Below, one piece after another: positions 1 through 13,115 of a stretch of 64,000 nt of DNA (its first letter is position 1; every line of letters starts with the position of its first letter). Source of the DNA: Thalia democratica (taxonomy: Eukaryota); contig OZ241829.1 of the NCBI GenBank assembly GCA_965202585.1, positions 72,540,001-72,604,000 of the forward strand, written 5' to 3'. Position numbers and translations under genes: made by a program. A model generated the notes under the pieces. It saw only the letters and a list, made by a program, of their open reading frames with translations. It made no database searches and was not told where the DNA came from.

Positions 1-1304
1 TTATGACGTATTTAAAAATTATAAAATTTAAGTTAAACGAAGCGATATTTTTAGTTGATCTTATTAAAATTTAGAGTTAAAAGAAACATTCAAACTTAAA
101 ACAAAATATATAAGAGTTAATATTGTAAATTACGACACACAGTTGTAAATGTTAGTTTATTATGTTTTATGGCGCATTTATTTAGTATTTGTTGAAATAT
201 TTTCCCGTGACGTTGCGTGGTATATTCAAAAATGGGATAAAGAAAAGTTATAATATTTTAAAAAAGATCGTCTAGATGAAAACTATTTTCACTTTTATAC
301 AATCAAAACATTTTTATGAATATCAAAATTACTTTTGTTCCTTTATGAAAAAGTAAAATATTATATAAATTTCTTATAAGTAAGTAAAGTGCACACAACA
401 TAAAATTTAATGATTTTTTTCCAATTGACAAAAACAAAAAAACCTACATCCTTAAAATTTAAGTCTATATATCTTACTTACATTATTCAAAATTTGTAAT
501 CTGAGAAGTATATACTTAAATAGGAAATAAGTATTCTAGCATAAATCGAAGCATTCTAAGTGTAAAAAAATATTTAAAACAAGAGGCATTTTAAGTTCCA
601 CAAGTAAAAAACAATTTATTTCATCTGTATAAAATGTATTTATGATGTTTGATACTCATTACAATTTTATACTTTAAAGCTAAACGATTCATGATGTCTA
701 ATACTCAATTAAATGCTTACAGTCCTAAAGCTGTTTTATATTCAAACAAATTAGCAATTTAAACTAGTTTATTGTTAAATTTTTAGTGCTTTACAGTTTA
801 AACGAATAAAACTTGAATTATTTAAAATAAATAAGTTATTATATTTATAATTTATTGTCGCTTAACGTTTTCTAGTGTAATTATAATAAAAAATATAAGT
901 TTTTTTACATGCTGCAAATTTTTGGACAATGAATAATTCCTAAAATTAAATAATAAACAACATTATTACACTTCTATTTTGATTACAATAGATTTTTATC
1001 AAGAATTCTTAAAGTCAGTTTGCTAACATAACAAACATTTTTTTTAATTTTTTTTTTTGTAGAATAAAAAATTTATTTATTTTTTTAACAAAACGAAACT
1101 AAGATTTAAAATATTTTAATTATACTTCTAAAACTTTTAGTTTAATTATACTATTGTAAATTTCATTTTTTTTATATATATATTAAAAATGAAAGTTTAT
1201 GAGGCTACACTTTTTTTATGGCATCCAGTCTACTGTAGGTGGTTACTAATTAAATATTAATACTTTAGTTATAGGAAAGTAGTTTGGTCAACTAAAATTA
1301 AATG

Positions 1305-3077
1305 ATAATTGAACTTGGACTTTGTTTTGATGTAAGTTTTAGCAAAGTTATTATTGGTGTAGCTGGTATATCTGCTACAATTTGTGTATTTCAGTCAGTA
1401 TTTCACTTCGAACAACAATAAATTAAATAGATCACTTAAGCTTGGTTTTGGACGAAATAAAAACAAATTCAAAGAAGGACAAAAAGTTGTCACATCTAAC
1501 TTCTGAAAAACGCACAGTTGAACCCAGTGTGTGTAAAAACAGGTCAGATAAAGATTAATTCAAAAACAATAAAGCTGAAAACTATTTACAAACATTTTCT
1601 TACAAAAATGAAACTGATGCCACTACAATTGTAAGTGAAGAAGTGATCAAAAAAGCATCAGTTTGTAAAAGTGAACCCAACTCAAAATGTGAAAATTCAA
1701 TCTCAAAAATCGATTCAAACTGTGAAAATTCTACCTCGAAAATCGACTCAAACTGTGAAAAGTCTATCTCAAAAATCAAATTAAATTGTGAAAATTCTAC
1801 CTCGAAAATCGACTCAAACTATGAAAAATCAATCTCAAAAGTTGACTCAAACTATGAAAAGTCAATCTCAAAAGTTGACTCAAACATTATAAAGTCTATC
1901 TCAAAAATCGATTAAAACTGTGAAAATTCTTCCTAAAAAAATCGAATCAAACTTTGAAAAGCTAAACTTAAAATCGACTCAAACTATGAAAAATCAATCT
2001 CAAAAATTGACTCAAACTGTGAAAAGTCAATCTCGAAAATCGACTTAAACTATGAAAGGTCTGTCTTGAATATCGACTCAAACTGTGAAAAGTAACCCCA
2101 AAAAGTTATTCTGAGAGTATGCTTATATTAATGAGTTTAGGCAAAGTAAAACAGCTGTAAAAAATTTTGAAAAATATGATAGATTGTAAGTTAATCCTTT
2201 AAATGGTGAATCGCAAACTGTTGGGGAAAGAAGTATCTTGAATTTCAAAGAAACTAGTAAAGTTACTACAAATGATGCTTTTCAAAATAGTGAAGAAAAA
2301 AATACAGCTGTTTTCGAAAAATAGTTTGTAATAACAGTTCAAAAACTTCGTAAATACTTAAATCAGCAACACAAACTGATTGAAACACAACATCACGACT
2401 CATAAATATTGAAAACAAGAACTTGCTAAAAACCTTAATCAGTAAAGCAATGGCTTTTCAGCTTATGTGTTGTATAAAAACATATCCAACCGTTAAGAAA
2501 AGTATCTTGGTCAGTTAAGTAAACAAAAGTATGATGAATTACTTAAGATTTTTTTTTAGAAACGTTTGCAGAAATAGTTTGGAAAAAGGCAGGAAAAGAT
2601 TTGAAATATTGTACCGATTAGTCAAATGAAAAAAATTAAGATGTAAAGGAAAAGTTTGATTGTCTGAAAAATGACCTAAACAATTGTGAGAAACTAGTTG
2701 AAATTCTTTTGAAACGAATTAAATTCATGCTTGAAGACTTTCAGGTTGATATAAATAAATTAGTACAAATTTTCAATGAATTGAAGCAATTAAAAGCAGA
2801 ACACGAAAAAAGTCAGTATGACATCAACTTGTTAATCTATGATTATGAAAATAGTGTCTGCCATAGATTCATCCTCAGTTACTTGAAGGCAATAGAAAAT
2901 AGTTTTAATGAATTAACTAGAAACATTGATGACATTTGTAAAAGTAGGTACAAAACTTTATTAGGAGTTAGGAGTAACTGTTTAGTTTTTAGTTTCTTTA
3001 TTTTATTTGTTGTCTTTGTGCTGATTAATTTTTGTTTTTATTTTTTGTTAATCAAACTGTTGTTCATTATAGAATAA
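1305..3077 (+). pseudogene. Disrupted gene for a protein with an 11-aa tandem repeat, a predicted coiled-coil region and a hydrophobic C-terminal tail
   Basis: Protein-like frames can be followed across stops and frameshifts: ...LDEIKTNSKKDKKLSHLTSEKRTVEPSVCKNRSDKD*FKNNKAENYLQTFSY... leads into ORF 1643-1915 (KIDSNCEKSIS repeats). ETFAEIVWKKAGKDLKYCTD*SNEKN*DVKEKFDCLKNDLNNCEKLVEIL leads into ORF 2709-3077, which ends in a long F/L/I/V-rich stretch. The 5' boundary is approximate and the family is not recognised. Confidence 0.65.
1681..2093 (+). repeat. 33-bp coding minisatellite, about 12.5 copies (consensus AAAATCGACTCAAACTGTGAAAAGTCAATCTCA)
   Basis: Directly visible tandem units encoding KIDSN(C/Y)E(K/N)SIS. 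TCA>TAA stops and a 1-nt insertion appear in later units. Confidence 0.95.
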
Positions 3078-6000
3078 ATGTAAAAAAATATTTTTGTCCT
3101 AATGGTTTGTATTGTTATCGTAATAGAACAGTTAGGATTCGCTTTTAGTTTAACTAAAATGTTCACGTAACTATAATTACAAGAAAGGTAAATTTAAATG
3201 TAACTAACTATAAGATTAAGTAACAACAATATTTATTAAATCTACAACAGAAGTTAACATTCAAGTTTAAGCAACACAAAAAAAAAATTTACCTTAGATT
3301 TCACCTTTAAAATATAACCCTAATAATACTATTTTTTAAAAGGGTCCCTTAGAAGTTTTATAAACGAAACTAACTTATAAACTAAAAGTTCTAAACATAT
3401 TTTCATTACTTATTTTACTACCTTGAACTTTTGCATTTAGTCATAAGCATCTTTCAAAAAATAAACAAAATAGCAATAAAAACAAACAAGTAAATAGTTA
3501 CTAAATTTTTTTTATACTGTAGGAAAATTAATCTAGATAACAATATAATAGCACATAGATATTCACAGTAGTTAGTATTCAATGTAAAAATATAAATATA
3601 CTTATGTTTAAAAAATTCTTAAAACTATAAAAACCTTATTACTTTTTTAGAATCGGTTGTAAATATAAAATTTAAAATTTTAACTTATTGTTATTAAAAA
3701 CTAATTAAGTTTTATTTTTTTTAACATTTCAAGTTTTGTATTTAAAGTTTATATACGCATTAGTATTAATTAATGTGTTATATAACAATCAGATTTTGAC
3801 CAGTTAGGTGTAAACAAAGGTTTTTCATAGTAAAATATTTTTTAAAACTCAAGTACTAATTAAGGTAACTATTTTAAGCTTAAATATTAAGAATATATTG
3901 TGAGGTAAAGAATTCAGCTATTTTTAGATGTATTAAACAATGTGTTGAATTTTATTTCAATGCAGTTTTGATAAAGATTTAGATTTGACACAAAAAATGT
4001 TGGTAGCGTAATCTTTATGTACATGGTTAAAAATAAAAAAAAAACGTTTTAAGAGCTTTACTATTGTGCAACGACCATATAATATATATTACTTGAATAA
4101 ATATCATACTTAAAAAATAAAGTGTGAGACAGTGAGAAAAACTTTAAGGCTTTTGTTTAAAGGACCAGACCGTTATAAGTATTATTTAAAGAGTTCTTTA
4201 AATCTTACTGATTAAATTAAGAATAAGTGCTAAGTTTAAGACGACACAAAAATATTGAATACAAACGCAAAAAAAAGTTTAGTCAAGTATTCGTTTGTAT
4301 ATCAACAAAAATCATCCACAAACACGTAAAATAAATCATTTAAAATATAAAAAGGACTTTAATATAAAATGTTTGTGCTTAATTTTTGTTTAGAATGTCA
4401 GTTTTGATAGTAGATTACGTCAATAAAGTGATTTTGTATATTCAAAAAAAATATAAATACTTGTTATGGTGATTATTACGTTACATTAGCTCAGAAATTT
4501 TTGAATATTTAGAAATTGCGACTTAAGTTTGAAAAATTCTTAAAAATACTGTTTTAAGCTCTAGTATGTAAAATAGTATACTAAAATAAACTTATTATTT
4601 TATTTTTATAAATTTAGCAATTAACGTAACGTAATTTCGCAGTTTGTAGAGGTAAACGGAAAATAAATCAAAGGTAATACAATGTCAAAATATGTATTTT
4701 CTAAACACTCAGTCATTAAGTATTTGGTGATGTTCATTTGAAAGAAATAAAGAATAATGGTTGAACTTTAGCATACATAAACATTACAAAAAGTAAATTC
4801 TAATAACTTATTTTAAAGTATTTTGTTATAACGATTAAGTTAAAGGTTTTCTTCCTACTTTTTCTTTACATTAACGTTTTGTCTACTTTTTAGAATAAGT
4901 TAGTTCTTAAGTTTAATAAGATTCAGTCTCAAAATTATATCGCAAAACTATATCTTCAAACTAAATTCAGTAAAAATTTTGGTAAAATTTAAAATCAACA
5001 CTTTTAGTAAACTTTTAGTTAAAGACCAGTCTAAGTTTTATAATATAAAGCAATGTTAGAATAAACTGAAGTATAATAATTGAGAAAAAAGAAACCTAGC
5101 AGCGACATGACAGAAAATACATAAGACGCAAAAGTGAGTGGTCAAAAGCTTTCGACGCTTCTGGTCGCTTACAAAATTTTCTGTGTGTGGGGAAAACTTG
5201 AAAATTTGCTTGAGTTTCAAATAAAATAACAACAAAACTTCTAATACATACAATAACTAAATTTTAGATATCTGTTTTACTTTTTTTTTAGTTTTAATCA
5301 ATATGATAGTAAATTGTGAAGATTTTATCAGAATTATTTTTTATTTAAGAGTTCATTCATAAAAAATATTTGAAACTACAAATACACTATTAAAGAAATA
5401 AGTTTTTTTTTAAGCTTCTTAATTTATTTAAAACACTAGTTTAAAAATACAAAACTTACTTGGTAAATATTTTGTTCACTTGTTTTTGTAAAAAAAAACA
5501 TTTTATAAAAACTCAAAAAAGTTATTTTGTTTTTAACTGATTAAATCTAGAACACTTATTTTTATAAAAAGTAAATCTTTGTGACAATACTTTATTTTAG
5601 AATTATAATGATATACTTAACAGACATTACATAACATTAAAGGATAAATAAGCTTCTCTATTTTTTAAATTCTTTGTATGAAGACAAAAAGTACAAAGTC
5701 TATTAAAATTTCTGTTTTTAATGTTCATTTTTGTTAAAAACTTTAAGTTGAGAGTAAAAAACTTAGTCAAAAAACTATATTTATTTAAACCCTTTTTTTA
5801 TTTAGATATTTTAGTTTCACCTTATTCATAATTGGTAAAACTTAAAATTCATTACTTCAAAAACACTTTAGAATTATATTAAATAACTTTTTATGACATC
5901 AGTCTAACAACATCTTTGCATCTTCAAATTCAACGCCCTTTCGGTGAGTCTGTAATATAATTCTTTGTTTAATTAGTTTAAATTTAATAGTTTAATATAC

Positions 6001-6561
6001 GTAAGTATTGTACTATTTATACTAATTTAAAAAATATTTTTTATTAACAAAGTTTTAAGCTATACAATTGTTTAAACCATGTCTTTAATTAATCTGAAAT
6101 GCTTGTTTGTACTGTTTATTTACAAAAATGTGTATTTGTAAAACTTACATAATGTATAAGTAAAATATATACTTAAAGATTCTGTTAAACAAAGATAGGC
6201 TATGGGTTGTAGCAACATATTGTATTAAATAATTTAATAATGAACTAAAAGTCTGCAACTTAAGTACAGCAGCCTTTAACTAGCTAATAAGCGGCAACAG
6301 TTTTTTTAAAGACTAAAAATCAAACCAAGTGTTATAGATATTTGCAAAAGAATGGGTTTATTGTTTTCAAAACTGTTTTTTAAGTTTTTTAGATGATAGG
6401 TAGTTTGTAATGCGGCAAATTTTACTTTTTTGAAATATAAAGGTACCTTAAACTTTAGGTCTTTTTAATTTAAAGTTAAAACCTAAAAAACTACACAAAA
6501 CTACCTTAAGTACCTAGCAATACATAGGTTTCTTTCCATTTTTCTTTGATATAGTTTACAG

Positions 6562-6730
6562 CAGGGTTTCTTAAAGTCTGCAATTTTGTTTCATATAGAC
6601 TAGTTTTAGATGTCAGGGCGCAATAACTTGTATAGGTCTCAAAATTTTTATGGGCAGTTACTATTAAAGAAATAACTTCTGTTAAAATTTTGTTAAGTGG
6701 GCGATAATAATGTAATTTTTGGATACCCTG
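6562..6730. mobile_element. Possible small hAT-like MITE
   Basis: Imperfect terminal inverted repeats CAGGGTTTCTTAAA versus reverse complement CAGGGTATCCAAAA (11/14). No clean 8-bp TSD. Confidence 0.3.
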
Positions 6731-8006
6731 CTACAGAACATTTCTATAATATAAATTGTTTGAAAACTCAAAACGTTTGAATATGTTTAGTACTGTTATC
6801 AATTACTTAACAGTGCATTTATAGTTATGTAAGGTTATGTTTAAAGTCAGATAACTCAAATGTGCTATGAAAATTTTATAAAGGTAGGAGAACATATAAT
6901 AGGGAGAAAAAATAAAAACTGCATAAATTATTTGGATTTTGATAAAAATGTCTTGTTATAATATAAAAATGTCTTGCTATAACTATTAATTAACTAAATT
7001 AGTTAAATAGCCACTCTAAAACAAAAGAGAAAAAATTCAGTTTTCACCTGTATATCTTCTTTCTGTGTGGTAAAAATTTATAAGAACTGGTCAATGAATA
7101 TAGAAATACAAGTATTCAGATAGTTTAGGTATTTATTTGCAGTGGTTGTTTTCTGTCAAGAGTTATAAAAGATTTTAAACTTAAAATAGGCTAAACAGAC
7201 TAAATTTGTTGGATTTTAACATTTCAAGGTTTTATTATATAGAAAAAGAGTCTGAAACAGTTTCTAAAATGAGAAGTCTAGTTCTACCCAACAATGCACA
7301 AATTTGTTAAATTGGTTAAACTACCAAAAAATCTTAAGGTCGCTTGATCTCTTTCACAGCATTGTATATCCATAATTTTTTATTTAAAAAGGTTTAGTCA
7401 AAAATATTACTATATTTTGTGTTTAAAATAATGGCGTTTATTGATATAAAAAGATTAACGTTTAAAAAATTTTAAAGTTACCATTGTTTATTGATGTTGT
7501 ATCATAAACCTAAGTTTCAGGTTTATTTTAAGATATACATATCAATACTTTTTGTAATCATATGAAATTGCCTTTAATAGTCATAAAACAAAGTTAATTT
7601 AAACCAAGTGTCTATTTTTGATAGTATTAATTAGATAAATGATATACAAATAAACAACTTTTCATCAATAACTAGATGAACAAATAATTAAATTGTTTAA
7701 CAAAGAAAATTGCCATGGCACAAGACATTTTCTTAAATTATTTGTAAAACTCAAGTTTACTTAGGCACCTTGATGTTTTTTTTTTTGAAATACTCAGACT
7801 AGCTTTGTTGGAACTTCAAACAACTTAATATTCAAATAATTTACTTGTTCTTAAATGGTTTATTAAGTACACAAGTTTCAAAAACATTATATTTATTTAG
7901 TCTTTTACAATAACTTTTTTACTTTTTTTTTGTTTTCCAATAAATACTGATAGCAATATCTGCAAACAGTAAATAGCATCTCTGCTAAGCAGCCATTTAC
8001 TTTTAA

Positions 8007-8285
8007 AGGGTTTCCCAAAGTGGACAGTACTACCCCTCCGAGGTGTGGGGGGAAATTTTAGTAAGTTGGTGTGCAATTATTACTTAAGGGGCGAAAGGGG
8101 GGGGGGTAGGAAGTGCGATTCTAAAACTTTGAAACTTACACTAGATTTTCTTGAGTTGCAGATGAAGGCAAAAAAAAGGTCTTATAGTACTTTTACTGGT
8201 ATTTTTTTGAGTAGTCTTGTTAGAGGGGGCATTAGCTTTTTTAGTTTCTTCAAAGGGGGCAATTCGAAAACAAAAGGGAAACCCT
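8007..8285. mobile_element. Small non-autonomous TIR element (hAT-like MITE)
   Basis: Perfect 10-bp inverted termini AGGGTTTCCC...GGGAAACCCT enclosing a G-run-rich island in AT-rich DNA. No TSD found. Confidence 0.45.
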
Positions 8286-10695
8286 AAATTAGAAGCTAGA
8301 CCTTTATTTTTACTTTTTCAAAATATCTCACTTAGCAAAGCTATAGCTGTTTAAGTGTAAATTTTTAGAAAGTTTACACAAAACTACTTTTGGTTTAAAA
8401 GTTTTCTACAATGTTATCACAATGATTATTTTTTGAAATATGAAGCAATTAAATTTGTCGGATTTAATACAGAATAGTTTGAACATGATCATTTGCTTAA
8501 TTTACTATAATTAAAAGTTGATTTGCTAATTATATAAATTTATGTCTTATTATATTTATAAGTACAAACTAAAACATTTGTTTTTTTCTTGATTAAATCA
8601 TGTTTTCAAAATCAATATATAGTTATAAGTTATTATAACTATACAATAAGTGAAAATAAATTAATAAAGTCTATATGTATTTTAATAAGATTTTTATTCT
8701 TGCAAAAAACAATTTTGTAACTAAATATTTTAAGAAGTATATAACAAACTAATAGTGACTTATTTAAATTTCAAACTAAATATAAAAATGATATATCCTA
8801 TAGAAATAAATTTAACTTTATAAAAAATAGCAAGTTTATCACACTATAATGTACTACAAATTTTTAAGTTTATAGGATTTTGAAAAATGAAGTTTGCTTT
8901 TAGTAGTTTTTGTATAAAACATATTTTTAAATAAAAAAAAAACTATCTTTAATAACTCTTGAGAAAAATAAGGTTTATTTAGATTAGTTGTTTATTTGCT
9001 GTTTTACATTCAATGCATGATTTTATGTTTGACAATAATGGTCGATTTCACTTAATCCCCTTTCACTTAATAACATCAATAAACGTCTTGTTTATACCAA
9101 AGCGTTTTTTATTGATAATAACAAATATACAACTTTTTTAACTAGATGTAAGGCTTTTTAAACTTTTCTGCACTACTTTTGTTACTAATTACTCTAAATT
9201 TGTTTTTACAAAGTAATAACTTCTTTTTTAGTAAAATTTATTATTTTTAAACGGTTTTACTTCAACAGAAAAAACTGATCTAAATTTTATGAAGTAGTAA
9301 TTGTTCTTTTAAATAAGTACTTATGTAATATTTCTTCTAAAATTAAAAAAACACTTAAGTTAATTATCCGATTTTTGACTACAAAAATTTAAAATTTATT
9401 CTAGCCAACTAAACCTATTATTCTTAATTTACGTTCTTTCACCGGTATAAAAATCCCATTAGAACACTTACATTATTATAAAGTTAAGTAAATATTGTTT
9501 ATATGAAACATTTTATGTTTATTAAAGATAAACAAAAAATTTGATATTCAACTCAATGAATTTTATTTTTTATTATTTATAAGGTGGACGCAAGTTAGTA
9601 ATATTTGAATATTTTTTAATATTAATATGTACAAAAACGTTAAAACATATATATTACTAAAAAAAAACAGAAAAGTTTATTATAAATATTAGATTAAATT
9701 AAGGATACATTGTTAAAAAAATTATAAAATAACCATTAAAAGAAAATAATTCTCAACGTTTTTGTTATTCAAAATGTATAACTCTTGTTTGAAAGTTCTT
9801 GTATTTTTATTTAAATGAAAAAAATTAAATGATATAGATTTAAATTCAGTAGATGATGGTCACTAAAACTATTTTTTATTTTAAAAACAATAACCATCAA
9901 ACTTTATATTTTACTTTTTATTTATAAACAACTATGTTGTTATACTAACAAAAGTCTTACATGTTAATGTTTATATCTGAAATTTTTAAGTTCATATTTA
10001 ATTTTTTTTCAATGTAACATTAAACAAGTTCTTATTTGTTTTAAATTTATTGTATAACTAAAATACAGCCATAGTTTACTGATTATTAACATTCTTTTAA
10101 GTTTATTTTTTACAACAAATAGTGAGTTAAATACAACATAACAGAAGTTTAATTTTTATTTGTTAAAGTTTGATACAATTTTTTTTTACTGTTAAAACTT
10201 GTGTTTTTAAGCAATTTAATAAAGTTTCTACCTACAAAAAACTAAAACTTTTAATTTTTTTAATCAACTATTTTTTTAAACAATTTATTTGTTATATTGA
10301 AGCAGTTTGTATATTTTTATACATATATTAATTAGCGTTTATTAGATTCAGAGAAGTGAATAAAAAATAGCAGCATATATTATCTTTACATAAATGTATA
10401 TTATGTATAAAAAGTAATACTAGTTTACTTGGCTTTAATTGATTAAGGTTTTAAATTCAACCTTTTATATATAGAAACTTACAATTACAAAAAGACAGTA
10501 CTTTTAATAAAAAATAGTAGGATCAAGAAAATATATAAATTATGCATTATACTACAATAATACTTTATAAACAGTAACTTGTAAGTGTATTCAGCATATT
10601 AATATTGTTTTACCTACACATTTATGTAAAATTATCTTAAATAATCACTGTAAGTTTAAGTGAAGTCCCCTATGCCCTTAAATGAACTGTATGTG

Positions 10696-11017
10696 TATGC
10701 TTTAAACTGTTTTATTGTGACCTTTTGTTTCATTTCATACTTTTACTTACTTCAAACAGTGTTAAATAAAATACTTTTTGTCAGAGAATTTTTCATATAT
10801 TAAAAAAAATAAGAAGTACTTACATTTTATCTGTTGTTTATCAAATTGCTATATATTATGCTTTAAACTGTTTTATTGTGACCTTTTGTTTCATTTCATA
10901 CTTTTACTTACTTCAAACAGTGTTAAATAAAATACTTTTTGTCAGAGAATTTTTTATTTATTAAAAGAATTAAGAAGTAATTACATTTTATCTGTTGTTT
11001 ATCAAATTGCTATATAT
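10696..11017. repeat. Recent tandem duplication, 2 x about 161 bp
   Basis: TATGCTTTAAACTGTTTTATTGTGACC...CAAATTGCTATATAT starts at 10696 and again at 10857, nearly identical. Confidence 0.95.
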
Positions 11018-11463
11018 TTTGATTGAGCACGGCAAACATTTTTGTCAAATATGAGGAGTTAATATAAATAATCATAAAATGTAGTTGTATTACCATTAGT
11101 GTTTAAATTTACTTAGTTTAGACTTTTATTTATTTTATGTTAGTTATAAATCTAATCTACTACAACACAGAGTTGCATATCATTTGTTGCTGAAGTTATT
11201 AAAACGTCTCAAGTCTCCTTTATGAAACGATGAAGTATCAATATATAGTAAGATATTTTGTTTGTCTATTTAATAATAGAAAATTTATAACTAGTCTTCA
11301 AAAGTAGAGCTAAATCCATTTTAGTTAAGTAACTATTTTATTTATACCATAATATTTAAATAATTGTAAGGTAGATAACTGATACTAAAATTTAACTTTT
11401 AAACATTTACTTTTTAAATCTTACTGTTATAATCAGCAGTAACCTTTTTTTATTTGCTTTTAT

Positions 11464-11522
11464 ATACCCTGTATGTGACGTCATCGAGTTCATAAAACTC
11501 AATGACGTCACATGCAAGGTAT
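11464..11522. repeat. 59-bp imperfect palindrome carrying two inverted TGACGTCA motifs
   Basis: ATACCCTGTATGTGACGTCATCGAGTT-CATA-AAACTCAATGACGTCACATGCAAGGTAT; the arms are near reverse complements. Confidence 0.8.
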
Positions 11523-11676
11523 TAAAACTTTTTTGATGAGAAACTTGCCTACATCATCAGCAGACAACCCATTGAATCTGTCACACGAGTAAAATAATTT
11601 CATTACAATCACCTTAAATGGTGTATCTACCTAGTTTGTTGAACAAAAAAAAGACTTTCAAAATATTTTATTTTAG

Positions 11677-11861
11677 GAGCTGGTGCACGAAGAACCTGAT
11701 GGTTATCAAGTCGCACACCAAGTATACCTTTTTACGTTTTGTCCTGGATGTCTACAAAATCTTTTCAGTAAATTCACAAGCACAAATTCTTGCTTCAAAG
11801 CATGGAAAAGCGATTGTACTGAGGCTCATTATCACAAAAAATTTGTGGTGGAATTGAACAG
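11677..11861 (+). CDS. Candidate isolated internal exon, 185 nt, product unknown
   Basis: TTTTAG acceptor, AG|GTATT donor and elevated GC. One frame is open end to end (ELVHEEPDGYQVAHQVYLFTFCPGCLQNLFSKF...VELNR) and a second nearly so (SWCTKNLMVIK...). The true frame is unresolved. Confidence 0.45.
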
Positions 11862-13115
11862 GTATTATTATGTTTATTAGTTTGGTTATAGCACTAAGAC
11901 CAGGTTTATTTTAAAACGATATTTGTATAAATTTTTCTGGAAATAAACTAGTAACAACAATTTTATATTAATTGAACAATCAACAAGTGTGCATATATAT
12001 TGAGATGTCAATTAAAAAATGTTAAAGCATATTTGAAAGCTTAATAGAAATTATGTAAACACCAAAGATAATTTTATATTTGACTTAATAATATTAACTA
12101 ATGGTAAAAGTTTTCGTCCTGTTAATAGTATTTTTTGATTAAGCCTAAATACAACCTTAATAAAAAAAGATCAAACACTTATCAAATTTTACGTTAAAAA
12201 AAAACTAATTTTAATGTCTATATTTTACTGTTACAATAATATTAGTTGTTTTTAATCAAAGATTCAAGAGTTAATTCACATTATCCATAGAAAATAATCA
12301 CTAAAATTTAGATATTTTGATGCCAATTTTTTAGAATATTAGCATAATTAGATTGTTTTCATGTTGTATAAAAGAAATTAAACAGACTGAGCTAAAGAAA
12401 TTATCAAAAGTTGTTTTAACCTCATACAAAAGTAAAACAGCCAACTTGTATATTAACTGACAAAGTAACGCACTATTACTTTTTTAACTAAAATCTTCTC
12501 ATTCTTGTTATTTTTATATTATCTCAAACGCCGAGACCAGTAAACTCGCTTGTCTTTCTGTATAAAACCAATTTTATTCAGAAATTAAATATTTTTAATT
12601 TTTTTCTGTTTTTCTAATTATTTGATTTAATTTTATCTTCACTCAATATATATTTTTTTAGGTGTTATATGTTTGAGGGCAAATTTACGTAAAAACTTAA
12701 GCGTCTAGTATGTCTTTTTTTTAAACATTAAGCACTTTTACTTTCATACTTTATGAATTTATCAAATATTGTTGTGGTTGTTAAAATCAAACTTTAATGA
12801 CTTACATTGATCAAAAATTTGATAAATCCAAGCGGATGCGTTGCGTTGAGAGAAATGCCTTAACAACAAAAAAATCATTTTATTTGTAAGAATTAATACT
12901 TTAAAATATAGTTTTGCTTTTAAAAGACTTGTTATAATTAGATTACTTTTACCTTACTACAATAGTCTTTTATATATCAAGTTAAGGGGTTTTTCAAGTA
13001 TTTGTCAATTTTACTTACCCCCTAACAAATATACCACGCGTCGGCTCTTGTTTTAACTATTGACAAAGGTTTTTAATAGTTATGCATAAATTTTAAATAT
13101 GACTTTTATTTACTA

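Noticed and set aside
1681-2093. 33-bp repeats as a CRISPR array
   Set aside because: The units are contiguous with no unique spacers, keep an 11-codon frame, and sit in a eukaryotic context with no cas genes.
8045-8287. 80-aa ORF
   Set aside because: It coincides with a G-run-rich MITE-like element, and the Gly/Lys/Phe composition reflects homopolymers.
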